A stretch of 64,000 nucleotides of DNA, taken from NCBI GenBank assembly GCA_963713605.1, contig CAVQMO010000001.1, positions 192,001 through 256,000 of the forward strand, in the 5' to 3' direction. The DNA is from an uncultured Nitrososphaerales archaeon (GTDB taxonomy: Archaea; Thermoproteota; Nitrososphaeria; Nitrososphaerales; Nitrososphaeraceae). A program made the position numbers and the translations under genes. This document shows positions 43,118 to 53,841 of the stretch, piece after piece; positions within the stretch are counted from its first letter, which is position 1; each line of letters begins with the position of its first letter. Below the pieces are notes generated by a model. The model had not been told where the DNA came from and did no database searches. It was given only the letters and a program-made list of their open reading frames with translations.

Positions 43118-43292
43118 ACTCATCGGAGCGAGAACCCTCCGTAATATTCAAGTTAAAATAGTGTATGGTAAGAAAGCCTCTTTCCGGATACATTTGCACG
43201 TAAGACTGTAAGGATCATGTATCCTGGTTAAGAGAGACAACAAGCATCGTTACAGTGGGCAGGCTGCTCCTGACCTGCACACACAGCCTTGG

Positions 43293-43787
43293 CTATAGAT
43301 CGATATGACGCTGATGATTCAACGTCCTGCTAAAACTAGAGAGTACCCATTCTTCGATCCATGTACACTTGGCAGGACTATACTGACTCATATCATCTTC
43401 AGACGAACATAAATGTTGATAATTACAACTGAAACACGGGGCTCCCTCAACGCTATTTATCTCTACTTGTCTTTTTTCAATTTCAGAGGCAGCAGGTTTC
43501 TTTACTATCAACTTATAAGTCCATCTACCGTTGTAAAGGATTTTTTCCCTCGAAATAAGGGCCTGTTTTTCCAAATTCCCCACAAGCCTTGATCCATCGC
43601 GGCTGTCCAGAGAAAAAGTCTTACAAAGTTCGGTTTGGAATATTCCATTCTCTCCACTTCGAGAGATGGTTTGGAGCGCCTGTTCGACTAAACTATTTCT
43701 AGTTTTAACTGAAATTTTCATAGGAGTAACTATTTCTGATGGCAAAATGTAATTATTATTAACCAACATAGATATAAAAATCTTCAC
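43293..43787 (-). CDS. Rpc34/TFE-beta-like winged-helix protein with Cys-rich Fe-S domain
   Basis: GIFQTELC....LDSRDGSR....LEK..LI.RE...GRWTY; PCFSC....LC...SPAKC.WIEEW. Confidence 0.82.
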   Translation of the reverse strand: MKIFISMLVNNNYILPSEIVTPMKISVKTRNSLVEQALQTISRSGENGIFQTELCKTFSLDSRDGSRLVGNLEKQALISREKILYNGRWTYKLIVKKPAASEIEKRQVEINSVEGAPCFSCNYQHLCSSEDDMSQYSPAKCTWIEEWVLSSFSRTLNHQRHIDL

Positions 43788-43981
43788 GCTTGTCCAGATA
43801 TTTTTGGCCAGGCCTTAATTTCCACGACCGGCTAGTAAGGCTGGTCAGGGATATAACACTGTAGGATTCTAATGTACAGTGAAGCTATAATATCCTTACG
43901 ACTATGATTCCTATCAAAGGCGAAGTATAATTTAGTAAATAGATTTATAGTATCTAGATCGGTAACTTTACGATTCCAAAG

Positions 43982-44335
43982 ATGATAAGGATCTGTAATA
44001 GTGATGATATAAAGGATAATTCATTGAATGTTTTCACAATTAACAATAAGGATATCCTTGTAGGAAGAAGAAACGGAAGGCTATTTGCGTGCAGCAATTC
44101 ATGTCCTCACAGAGGAGCCTCCTTATCAAAGGGACATTTTAATGGGAATAACATAGTATGCTATATGCACGAGTATGAATATAATACTTTCACAGGCACG
44201 TTAGAAAATATGAAATCTTGGAAAAAGGAAGATAGCTGGATGGAACAGAGCCCCAATTGGCGAAAGTCAGGCAATTTGAAATTGTATAAAATTGATGAAC
44301 ACGACAACGGCATTTTCATCGAAGAGCCAATTTAA
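43982..44335 (+). CDS. Rieske [2Fe-2S] ferredoxin
   Basis: CPHRG...CYMH (C-x-H...C-x2-H). Confidence 0.9.
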   Translation: MIRICNSDDIKDNSLNVFTINNKDILVGRRNGRLFACSNSCPHRGASLSKGHFNGNNIVCYMHEYEYNTFTGTLENMKSWKKEDSWMEQSPNWRKSGNLKLYKIDEHDNGIFIEEPI

Positions 44336-45069
44336 CGGTTCTAGATTAGACACAAATAAGAAATGCCCTAAGCACTGGATACTGATGATTATGCCGTATA
44401 ATTTTTTCACATTTTTTTGGTCTTTTACTACTTAAGCGCATGAGTAAGTTTACCGCTTAGTTGAATCAAACAAATTGTCCAGCTGAATCAGGATAAGAAT
44501 CGATCATCGGAGTGGCGCCTCTCGGGAGAACGGTAGAAAATCGTGGTCAAGCAATTACTCCAATTCAATACTGAAATAGAACAGGCGTATGCGCGAGTAG
44601 AATCTCTTGTGTTGTTCTCTTAATGGACCAAGGAAAGGATACATGAGGCATTGGTAGAACTAACGCTAGAGGACTTCTCACAGGGTAATTAAAGGGCTAT
44701 TATAAATGCTTGATGGCATAGAGTTTAAGAATCAATAAACAACTAACTAGTGAAGATATCTAGATAAGAGACCATTACGATAGGTCGTTACTAAAGAGGG
44801 AACACAACATGATAGGATCCTACATGACAGATAACCAAGATCCGTTAATTTGAGCACCCTACTTTCTGGCCAATTGGAAAATATTATGTAGTGATGCTTT
44901 TATCGAATGAAGTCCATCAGATTCTGTGTTAAATAGAATCATAATAGCAAAGTAAAAGTCGCTAAAAAACGTTAACTATTTTATTCTCTCGTATGTATTT
45001 TAACCACAAAATCAAGAGAAGCAAACATTTTATTTATGCATATGATATATTCACTATACCCGTTCAATC

Positions 45070-45396
45070 ATGGTGCGAAAACGAATCTATGTTGCCGGTA
45101 AAAGTGGAGATTCTTGGTATCAGCTACCCCCTTCCATGCGACAGGATTATAAGACTACTCTAGCAAAAAAGTATGGATCTAGATGTAATCCTATCCGCAG
45201 CCTCTCGACTTTCCAAGGGGTGGACAACAAATATTCCAAGGGTTGTGGTAAATATTTTCCTATCGGTTTGCTTACAGTAGACCACATCATTCCTATATCT
45301 AAAGGGGGACCAGTCTTCGACATCGGAAATATGCAATTATTGTGCTGGCAATGCCATAAGAAGAAGACCACTGAAAACGACATGATAGACGTATGA
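45070..45396 (+). CDS. HNH endonuclease domain protein
   Basis: TVDHIIPISKGG.....NMQLLCWQCHKKKT. Confidence 0.88.
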   Translation: MVRKRIYVAGKSGDSWYQLPPSMRQDYKTTLAKKYGSRCNPIRSLSTFQGVDNKYSKGCGKYFPIGLLTVDHIIPISKGGPVFDIGNMQLLCWQCHKKKTTENDMIDV

Positions 45397-45576
45397 TCTC
45401 CAACATCGAACAAACCGTTGCTTTAATTCAGTTTTGGCTGCTTAATAATTTGAATATTGCTAGAATTTCAATTATCGAGTTCAGAATTCTGTCTTAAACA
45501 TTCAATAGGATTTAATTTAAATAATCGTAGAAATCTAGTACGTCCTTGTCTGGTTATCAATGGGCAAGACATGAAT

Positions 45577-45662
45577 GGTGGGGTGGCAGAGCGGCTATGC
45601 GTTCGCCTGCAGAATTCAATGTAGTAAGCGAATCTATAAGGGTTCGAATCCCTTCCCCACCT
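45577..45662 (+). tRNA. tRNA-Cys(GCA) with 14-nt canonical 37/38 intron (45613-45626)
   Basis: GGTGGGG/CCCCACC acceptor stem, U discriminator, TTCGC/GCGAA anticodon stem, GGTTCGAATCC; BHB central helix CTGC/GTAG. Confidence 0.93.
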
Positions 45663-45985
45663 CTAATCCAAATTCCTGGTAATATCTTGAATACTGAATA
45701 AAACTGCACGATCTATTTCCCGCTCACGGAAGATAGGATTAATCGATTTAATTCGACAATCGAGCCAACGGCATTTATCTGATTGATAACTTCCGTGTTC
45801 GAGAAGGTTCTTTCAGAACATTTACCTATCAAAGGTGTGAGTTAGCTTATCCAATCCCAACAACAAGCCTGGATTGACAGTCAATGTTGCCCTTGCACCT
45901 TGAACGTCCATGTTTAATAATCATCTAGAACCGATAGCGCTCGTAAAGTATAGATATCTGCATAAATGAATCATGTATTGCTCTG

Positions 45986-46180
45986 ATGCACGAGGAGGAT
46001 ACCTCAATGGCCATTGGTAAGCCGCGGACTGAACTCGATGATCCGATAAATAACCTACTCATTGTAATCAATAAGCTGGTAGACCTCGAGAGTAAAACGG
46101 ATTATCAAAGTAGTGCAATAGAGGAAATCCAGGATAACCTTCGCAGTATAATAGGCCTACTTGAAAGATCAAAGAAATGA
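45986..46180 (+). CDS. small hypothetical helical protein
   Basis: 64-aa amphipathic ORF. Confidence 0.5.
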   Translation: MHEEDTSMAIGKPRTELDDPINNLLIVINKLVDLESKTDYQSSAIEEIQDNLRSIIGLLERSKK

Positions 46181-46302
46181 GACTTGGCATTATTATTGGA
46201 CTTGATGAATTTTGGATTTACTGTAAGGAATAGTCTGATCTGTCTGAATGCCTTATTAACGAAAGAATTATCACGTCCACACTTATCCAGATATGTAAGG
46301 AA

Positions 46303-46533
46303 ATGCGTAATATCACAATACAAGCCCCCAGCGGAATTCCGGCCATCTTGGAAGAGAAATTGAGAAGCAAGTATGAAGTGAAGGTAGAATTGATCCCTGA
46401 TAATCCTAAGGCAATTTGTCAAATTACGGCAAGGAAAAATAGAAAGTGGATTACGATCTGCAGCTTTGCTTCAGACGAAAATATCAAGGACATTATTACG
46501 ATGTTTGAAGTTAATTCCCAATTAAGGAGGTGA
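46303..46533 (+). CDS. hypothetical protein
   Basis: 76-aa ORF. Confidence 0.6.
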   Translation: MRNITIQAPSGIPAILEEKLRSKYEVKVELIPDNPKAICQITARKNRKWITICSFASDENIKDIITMFEVNSQLRR

Positions 46534-46713
46534 ATACTAATGAACAGGGAAACTTTTGGGTTTCTTATTCTTATTTCATTCCAATTGGTATTCTTAAACT
46601 GGAAGATGAATCATATTGAGGTATTGCAGACCAGCATCGGGAATTCTCTATTTGTGTGTATCTATTTAAGGTAGGTTGCATCAAAATGCCATAGAGTACA
46701 AGAATGCACACGG

Positions 46714-47145
46714 ATGCCCATAAACATAGGTGTATTCCAATTGGATGATAGATGGGACGAAGACAAATTTCAGGAAGATGGTCTTCGTGGTAAAGTGAGA
46801 CGAAACTATATAAAAATTATAAAGGTTGGTATAATCGTCGGATTTGTCGTTGTAGCATTGGTTGTATTGTCGGTATTCATTCCAAGGGTTGGAGTAAACA
46901 TCGAAATAATAGAACGAGGTGGATTGATTGATTCGATAACGGCAAAAATCAGTAACAATAATTTCGATTCACTGAACGATGTTGTGGTTCAGTTTGGAGA
47001 GAACGGAATTCCCCAGAACCTTGGAAACATTGGGCCCTTTGCGTCTGTGTTTTCTTCCCCAAACCCAAGCGAACTAGAATTTGACCGAATTATTTTAACA
47101 GCAAATGATGGTGAGGTTCGAGTAGTCAAGTACAGGAACCAATAA
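46714..47145 (+). CDS. hypothetical single-TM protein
   Basis: One TM helix followed by a beta-rich domain. Confidence 0.7.
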   Translation: MPINIGVFQLDDRWDEDKFQEDGLRGKVRRNYIKIIKVGIIVGFVVVALVVLSVFIPRVGVNIEIIERGGLIDSITAKISNNNFDSLNDVVVQFGENGIPQNLGNIGPFASVFSSPNPSELEFDRIILTANDGEVRVVKYRNQ

Positions 47146-47244
47146 TTGGTATGATAGTAACTCAATTCACGTTTTTTGCCTATATATCTCTCTTGTGAGA
47201 AGAAATAAGGTCTGAATATTATAACAGCAAAGCCACAAATTATT

Positions 47245-47646
47245 TCATTGCAAGGGATTGTTAGAATGCCCAACTACGCTGTCATCTTTCATCAGAATGC
47301 AACACGCACAATTTTCATTAATGCAGGTGCTTGATACCTTATGCTTACATATAGCACAAATGCATTCTTCGTTCGATTCTGCTTGAACTTGTCTACTTGG
47401 CAAACCGCCTTTTTGGGTAAGATTCTTTGATTCCCTCAATCTTGTGCTTAGGTAAAGCCAGGCTGTAAATAGCGAAATTCCTATAATTATGATCGGAAGG
47501 CTAATTACAGCTGCCCGTAATGAAAATAATATTACGCCCAATAGGATCATCGTAATTCCGATGGCAAACACCCAAGTGTAAGAGAGCGGTCGGTTTCCAT
47601 GTGGCGAGATTGAAGGATCAGATTTTGTAGGATTTGTGGAGCTCAT
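47245..47646 (-). CDS. hypothetical membrane protein with Cys-rich C-terminus
   Basis: 2 TM plus CICAICKH...C....CACC. Confidence 0.7.
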   Translation of the reverse strand: MSSTNPTKSDPSISPHGNRPLSYTWVFAIGITMILLGVILFSLRAAVISLPIIIIGISLFTAWLYLSTRLRESKNLTQKGGLPSRQVQAESNEECICAICKHKVSSTCINENCACCILMKDDSVVGHSNNPLQ

Positions 47647-47724
47647 CCCTCAATAAATCACCATTGAAAAGGCATTCCCACAGAATCACTGTCAATACCA
47701 TTCTTTAAACGAAATTTTCCTTTT

Positions 47725-47991
47725 TCATCTGCGTACTTTTCTCCTATCTGATATTCTCGAGCATTTCATATCATTAGAATCTGAAATTTGATTCAACCAA
47801 TTACACACAGGTGTCAAAACCATAGAATTAGATTCAAAATTGCAGTCAATCGCATCTATATTATGCTTAAAAATAGCTGGTTCGTCGTCGCGATCAATTT
47901 CCCTTGCTGCCAATAGGTTGAGATTCGTAAGCTGTAGTAAGGCAAGCTTAATCATTTTTGAGTTGCTCGATTCAGAATACTCTGCTCTCAT
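47725..47991 (-). CDS. hypothetical protein (possibly a fragment)
   Basis: 88-aa ORF only. Confidence 0.35.
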   Translation of the reverse strand: MRAEYSESSNSKMIKLALLQLTNLNLLAAREIDRDDEPAIFKHNIDAIDCNFESNSMVLTPVCNWLNQISDSNDMKCSRISDRRKVRR

Positions 47992-48392
47992 TATTAGAGT
48001 TATTGGTGATCTAAATCCTCGTCATCTGCGTGCGATCCCGAATCACTGCACTAGTATTTAACTGCTGACTCCAGGGCTGGTTTTATTTCTTACCTCAGAG
48101 GTACATTTCGAGTTAGGCTAAAATTTTTTCCACATCGTTGCCTATTATGAAGGCTATTGATTCTTGTTGAACAATTCATGATCGCATGGCATTCTAGCCA
48201 GATTGATCCCGCAGACTTTTTTGCACGTCGTAAGGCAAAGCGAACTGTCTACATAATCAATGGATCTGAATATTGGGAATACTCTTAAGGTGCTCCTGAG
48301 CAAGAGCAATTATCTTTTTGTCCTATTTCACTTAGGATGAAACTTCCAGATAATTATTTATCTAATTATGCTTATCTAGGTCATAAGATGAT

Positions 48393-49229
48393 ATGAACGA
48401 ATTATGTCGGATAGCAGTCGTGCAAATGAAGTCAGATACAGACAAGAAGAAGAACTTGGCACAATCAAAGGACTACATTAAAGAAGCTCGATATAAAAAT
48501 GCACAGATCATATGTTTTCCTGAATTTCAAATGGGTTTTTCTCCATCGAATCAAAAACCCATCGAATTGAGCGGGATCTCTGAAGCCGTGAATACTGGCA
48601 ATTTCGTAAAGTCATTAGGCCGATGCGCAAAAGAAAATGAAATAGATCTTATAAGCACAATCTATGAAAAGGCTCGAACCAAGAACAAAGTCTTTGATTC
48701 TGCACTTGCAATTAGAAAGGATGGGCTCATCATGGCTCATTACAGAAAAATTCATTTATACGATGCGCTGGGTTTTAGAGAATCGGATAAATTTCTAGCC
48801 GGAAATAGTATTGAGAAACCTTTTCAATTTGAGGCTGCAAAAATAGGCCTCATGATCTGCTACGACATCCGCTTTCCTGAAGTGTCTAGGATACTGAGCG
48901 TGTTGGGCGCAGAGCTTCTAGTAATCCCTTCAGCATGGGTGCATGGGGTTATGAAAGAAGAACATTGGCAGACTTTGATAAAGGCCAGAGCAATTGAGAA
49001 TGGCATCTTTGTAATTGCACCAGATCAGATAGGAAACATATATACTGGAAGAAGTATGGTAGTTGATCCCTTTGGGACTGTCTTGTTAGATATGGGTAAT
49101 AAAGAAGGGATGGAGGTGGTGGAATTAGAGAAATCTGATATTACAAAAGTGAGAGGAAAGTTACCACTTCTAAAGAACAGAAGAACAGATGTCTACAAGA
49201 AAAGTCTCTTTGCATTTACTAACCGCTAA
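48393..49229 (+). CDS. carbon-nitrogen hydrolase (nitrilase superfamily, Nit1/Nit2-like)
   Basis: Catalytic triad in FPE, YRKIHLYD and ICYDIRFPE; ARAIEN. Confidence 0.93.
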   Translation: MNELCRIAVVQMKSDTDKKKNLAQSKDYIKEARYKNAQIICFPEFQMGFSPSNQKPIELSGISEAVNTGNFVKSLGRCAKENEIDLISTIYEKARTKNKVFDSALAIRKDGLIMAHYRKIHLYDALGFRESDKFLAGNSIEKPFQFEAAKIGLMICYDIRFPEVSRILSVLGAELLVIPSAWVHGVMKEEHWQTLIKARAIENGIFVIAPDQIGNIYTGRSMVVDPFGTVLLDMGNKEGMEVVELEKSDITKVRGKLPLLKNRRTDVYKKSLFAFTNR

Positions 49230-50145
49230 TCTTCTGAAATTTTCTTTATTGTGGGTTGAATGACATTCAAGGGGCAGGTTTGTTTCAAGGGGAGAACTCT
49301 AATTATATTCGGATATTATCTTGAATGCAGGCAATAAGCGTATCATCAAATTCTATCTGTCGCCATCAGAAGCATCGGGAAGATGACAAGGAGAGCTTAT
49401 TCCCATGCTAGAAGCAGTAATCAACTTCCACATTCGCGTTGATTTTTTTACTTTACCTTACTGTAGCTACAATTTTATAGAATTGACCTTTTGGGCATTT
49501 GCAATAATATTGGGATCGGACTCGAAATTCGAGTCCACATATCACGATTCATATCTGAAAAAAAGTATGCTGTTACCAATGGCAGGAATTATAATAGTTT
49601 GGGAAATCACATCTAGTTCAGCGACAGTACACATAATTATCATGAATTAGTATCTCTTTCTATACTATCTCTTTAGTATCTCTTTCTACACGGAGTATAA
49701 TTCAGATCTTTAACCCAATGACATTCGCGAGAGGAAAATTGAACCGAATAAATAATCAATGATCTGTGTGGTACGTGAATAGATATATACAGCAATATTG
49801 GGAAGAGTCATATTAAGTGCTTGTTCTATCTTGATCAAAAAATTGTGTCTGCTCTCTGATTTGTTGTGCAATTGGATTAGGAAAATAAGTCTGTACGAAG
49901 AAAGCCGCTGCGACTACAAGTATTAACATAGTTAACGCAATAATCGAGGTGATATTATTGCTCGAAAGAATCACTTCTTAATATTCGCGTTACATAAATA
50001 TATGTATGCTTCCATTTTGTTTTAAGTAGAAGTGGGATGCTATTTAAAGGGCAATAATTGGTTAATTTAGTACAGACCATCTTCCATTGATTCTGTTTGA
50101 ACAGTTACACTTGGGATATTATTGCCTCGTATAAATGAACAATAG

Positions 50146-50856
50146 CTATGGGAATACCTGCTCACCACTTTGTCTATCAATAATTCTGATAGCCTTTGTA
50201 GGGCAGGTTTCTGCTGCAGATAATATATCTTCAAAAGGAGCACCGTCTTCTGATTCAATTCGGACTTTAGGATTTATGATCTTGTTCTTTTCCAGCACAA
50301 ATACTTTAGGCGCCAATACCTCACAGCTTCCGAACGCCATGCATAATGAAGGTTCTACTGATATGCTGAAGCGCGCAAGTGGCTTGGAGCTCTCTTCATT
50401 ATCTTCAACCATTATCACAGACGGATCCTTTCTGATTCTTGTGCTCTGCCTGTCCCCAAATTTCTCGTGCCTCCATTCTTTGTATTCATTTCCTGTAGAC
50501 TTTTGATTTTCTTTCTGATTGGGATAAACTGTGGACTCGTAGGAATTTCTAGGCTTTGCGGCTGGGTTTCTGAAGCTTTCATGAGGTTGCTGACTTTTCT
50601 TGTCTACTTTAGTCTGATAGTCAGTAGACAAACTGCTATTTTGAATAGGACTTGTTACATCATACTGTTTTCTCTTGTCTTTATCTGAAAGAATTTCAAA
50701 GGCTGCGTTGATTTTCTTAATCATGTCTCCTGAATGACTTGATGTGTTTCTATCAGGATGGTGCTTTCTGACCAGCCGGCGGTATGCCTTTCTGATGTCG
50801 TGATAGCTAGAGTCATCTGAAACTCCCAGTGTTTTGTAGTATCCTAAGTGGTCCAA
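50146..50856 (-). CDS. DnaJ-ferredoxin fusion protein
   Basis: J-domain YY..LGV...HHPD...INAAFEILSD; C-terminal CMAFGSC..LAP.VF...AAETCP. Confidence 0.92.
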   Translation of the reverse strand: MDHLGYYKTLGVSDDSSYHDIRKAYRRLVRKHHPDRNTSSHSGDMIKKINAAFEILSDKDKRKQYDVTSPIQNSSLSTDYQTKVDKKSQQPHESFRNPAAKPRNSYESTVYPNQKENQKSTGNEYKEWRHEKFGDRQSTRIRKDPSVIMVEDNEESSKPLARFSISVEPSLCMAFGSCEVLAPKVFVLEKNKIINPKVRIESEDGAPFEDILSAAETCPTKAIRIIDRQSGEQVFP

Positions 50857-51173
50857 GTATGTTTATTATCATCCTATGTTCTCCCTGACCTTTATATCCT
50901 GAGCTGCTGGGTCTACCGCAAATTTCTTTCTCGTGATTTAGGCCAAGGTTACTCTTCTTATGATTTGGTTTGACTCAGACGATAGTTCGTAACTTCCAAA
51001 CTCCTAAATCATGAGGCTCAATATTGAAAGAGAATGAAAGCTAGGAGTTTCAGCCAAAAAGTAACCCCTTCAGGATAAGTAACTGATTTCGTGGTTAATG
51101 GGGTGTTAACGTGATTCGTGATTAAAATGAAGGCGATAAGATAGCCTCTGGACTACGTAATCACACAGAATCA

Positions 51174-51968
51174 TTAATTCATCTGATCTATTATTCTACT
51201 GATGATCTTGCTATTTCTGTCCGCATAAACAGGCGATTCAATATCTATCCAATCTGTGCTGTCATCCAGACTGTAAGAATAAAGATTAGCGCCTTTCGAA
51301 GGCAGGTGTGCCAAGATATCGTGCGACAAATTAAAGCTATTGGTTTGCTTATTTCGAGCAATTGATTCTTGTCGTTGGTGTAAATATTCAAATACTTTTT
51401 TACTAAATAAATAAATCCCAAGTGCTTCAGGGGATTCTAATTCAGCAATTGGCTTTTCAATAAATTCTTCTATTTTGTTGCAGTCTTTATCACGGACAGT
51501 AACTCTCCCAGTCTCTTCATATCGATGGTTTCTTGTTACCAGAATCCCTGTGATTTCTTTGCCGCTCTCCAGCTGCATATTCAACGTATTATAACGGCTG
51601 ACTAATTCCATCAAATTCAACGCACAGAGATTATCCGCAAACCAAACAAGAAACGGTTCGCTCCCATTTTTTATCCAATCCTCAGCTCTTAAGACTGCTC
51701 CACCTGTCCCACTCTGGTTGTCCTCAATGAACGAAATCTTTTTGTGGATTATGCTCCCTTTTCCTTCGAAATAGTTAATGATTTGGTTTCCAAAGGAATC
51801 AAACTCACATACGACAAGAATTTCGTCTATAATCTCGAACTGTGCAAGATATCTTACAACGTGGTCTATTACAGGTCTTCCTTCTATGGGAATCATTGAT
51901 TTAGGAACAAAATCGCTAAATGGCCTTGCTCTTGTACCTCTACCGCCTGCAAGCAGTACTACTTTCAT
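51174..51968 (-). CDS. NDP-sugar pyrophosphorylase/nucleotidyltransferase family protein
   Basis: LLAGGRGTRARP....PK, GTGGAV, FIEKP. Confidence 0.9.
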   Translation of the reverse strand: MKVVLLAGGRGTRARPFSDFVPKSMIPIEGRPVIDHVVRYLAQFEIIDEILVVCEFDSFGNQIINYFEGKGSIIHKKISFIEDNQSGTGGAVLRAEDWIKNGSEPFLVWFADNLCALNLMELVSRYNTLNMQLESGKEITGILVTRNHRYEETGRVTVRDKDCNKIEEFIEKPIAELESPEALGIYLFSKKVFEYLHQRQESIARNKQTNSFNLSHDILAHLPSKGANLYSYSLDDSTDWIDIESPVYADRNSKIISRIIDQMN

Positions 51969-52228
51969 GATTCATCATGAATTAACTGGTAATGGACTTT
52001 ATCAATTTTCTTGATAATATTTCACCATAGTCGATGCCTACAGACTAATTGAATATAGTCCAATGTAGCGTCCTGCGAATCTGACATGCGATCTTGGCGA
52101 GCAATTGATATCATCAAGCATGCAACAGGCATTGTACGTTTTCTTTATTCATTTCATTCTAATCATTGATGAAACTGAGTATTGAATAACTTCAGAAATT
52201 CACGTTAAAGCCATGTTTGGGAAAACTT

Positions 52229-53018
52229 TTACCTCAGCTTCTTGCCCAAGAATTTCTCAGTATTCAATGCGATGAATTCAATTGCTTCTAAATAGGATAT
52301 ATCAAGAGCTTCTCCCACAGCTTCAGCTACGGTTACCAGGAATGATGTTGGCAATGCAGGTAATTCTGTAAAGCATCTGGGGTACCGAACGGGTCCATCT
52401 GTCTCAATAAGAATCCTATTTTTGTCCGTATTTTTTAGAAGTACTCGTTTGTCTTCAGAAAATACTAAAGGCGGACCATATGAGACATACGCACCTATGT
52501 CCATTAGAACGCGCAATTGCTTCTTATTACCGGAGAACCAATGGAAGAGAAGATTCACTAGGTTGTAAGATTTTATCAAATCTAAAATATCGTCGAGAGA
52601 TTTTCTGGAATGGATAGATACTGGTTTGTTCGACTTTTCTGCAAGGCTCAGCATTGCTTGGAACACCTGTCTCTGCTTTTGATATGAATTCCCTTTAGTT
52701 AGTGTGTATGTTGGATCGAGTCCGATTTCTCCTATCCCTCCAATCGAACCGGAATATTCAGAGTAGATCTCCATGAACTTTTCGATATCAGACTTCATGA
52801 GCAAATTGTGGATGAATTCCTATAAATTGAGTTACTATATCATTGTTGGATTGACCAAAGGATTTAATTCCATTTAAGGTAGTAGTGATATCTACTGTAA
52901 CGGAACATACATGCATGTTCATTGTTCTAATACTCGTTAATATCTCTTTCAAATAGGGAGAAAATTCAGGATCTGTTAGATGAACGTGCGCGTCACATAA
53001 CAAGGGGTGGGTTGTCAC
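52229..53018 (-). CDS. tatD: TatD family deoxyribonuclease (frameshift near 52800)
   Basis: DAHVHL, GIHP | IGEIGLD, IHSR, FHWFSG, LIETDGP. Confidence 0.9.
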
Positions 53019-53229
53019 CCTTTGTATTATGACAAACCCCTTCTTATCAAGTTTGACATTTTAACCTCTGGAGTTATCCTATTGCGATGGATCGACCCAA
53101 GTAAGCATTATGTAATTTGTTAAAAAGATCTGGATGTATTCATCTGCACGCTCCTTGTTGGTATTTAGTTTATTATCGACACAGAAGAACCTCTGTTGAA
53201 GAAAAGAACAAAAATTCCGACGAATTGTT

Positions 53230-53457
53230 TCATATTCTAAGTACGGTTCTGGTAGCCAGACGAATGTCTTCAGGTTTTATTGTTTTCCTACCAGCATGTA
53301 GCGACAACTCAACTGCACTCTTTGCAATTTTTTCAGCTATTTGTTCTAAAACCATTCGTAGTTCATTAGCGGCATCGTCACTCACTCTCTCTGCACCTGA
53401 TTTTCTAATAATACGTTGCATCCCAGCAAGGCCTAGTTCAGGTCCAGAGGAGAACAT
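53230..53457 (-). CDS. archaeal histone
   Basis: EL.LA.MQRIIRK.GAERVSDDA...AV.L..HAGRKTIKPEDI. Confidence 0.96.
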   Translation of the reverse strand: MFSSGPELGLAGMQRIIRKSGAERVSDDAANELRMVLEQIAEKIAKSAVELSLHAGRKTIKPEDIRLATRTVLRI

Positions 53458-53522
53458 GCTTATATGTTAAATCCAAGACTAAAGGTATATTTTCAGAGCA
53501 GTCAATTAGTTTAAATCATTTT

Positions 53523-53718
53523 GTGTTCCTTTGCAAGCCAACATAGCCTAACCGAGATTCAAAAGGATCCTAATTGGCCCACTTTGGATCAAGAGCTTAT
53601 CGCTTTAGCTCGGAAACATTCGGAGGCCCCACCTACCAGACTTGAAAATGTTCTCAATTGCCCTGATGGCTTTTTATCAGAGGCGATGAGAGTTCTCGCT
53701 GACCCAGGAACTAGGAAC
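53523..53718 (+). ncRNA. candidate structured non-coding RNA (family not recognised)
   Basis: Nested complementary segments GTTCCT/AGGAAC, CAAG/CTTG, GCCT-CCGAG/TTCGG-AGGC, GATCC/GGATC, GAGCT/AGCTC and TTCTCA-TTGCC-CTGAT/ATCAG-GGCGA-TGAGAG; G-U pairs favour the + strand. Confidence 0.45.
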
Positions 53719-53841
53719 GATTACAAATTTGATCGTTAAATGGATGGTACGTATTAACAAAAGGGGTCACTCGATCTTTAATACGTCACTCATAGTTGGA
53801 ATGAGATACTATCTATTTAAAGAGGTAATGCTTTTCGAAGA

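Noticed and set aside
50998..51050. 9-bp inverted repeat AAACTCCTA/TAGGAGTTT (a similar 7-bp one lies at 54902-54955)
   Set aside because: Isolated hairpins without box motifs, second copies or target-site duplications; insufficient for an sRNA or MITE call.
53521..53739. 72-aa TTG-start ORF
   Set aside because: No recognisable motif; the extensive base-pairing explains the region better as RNA structure.
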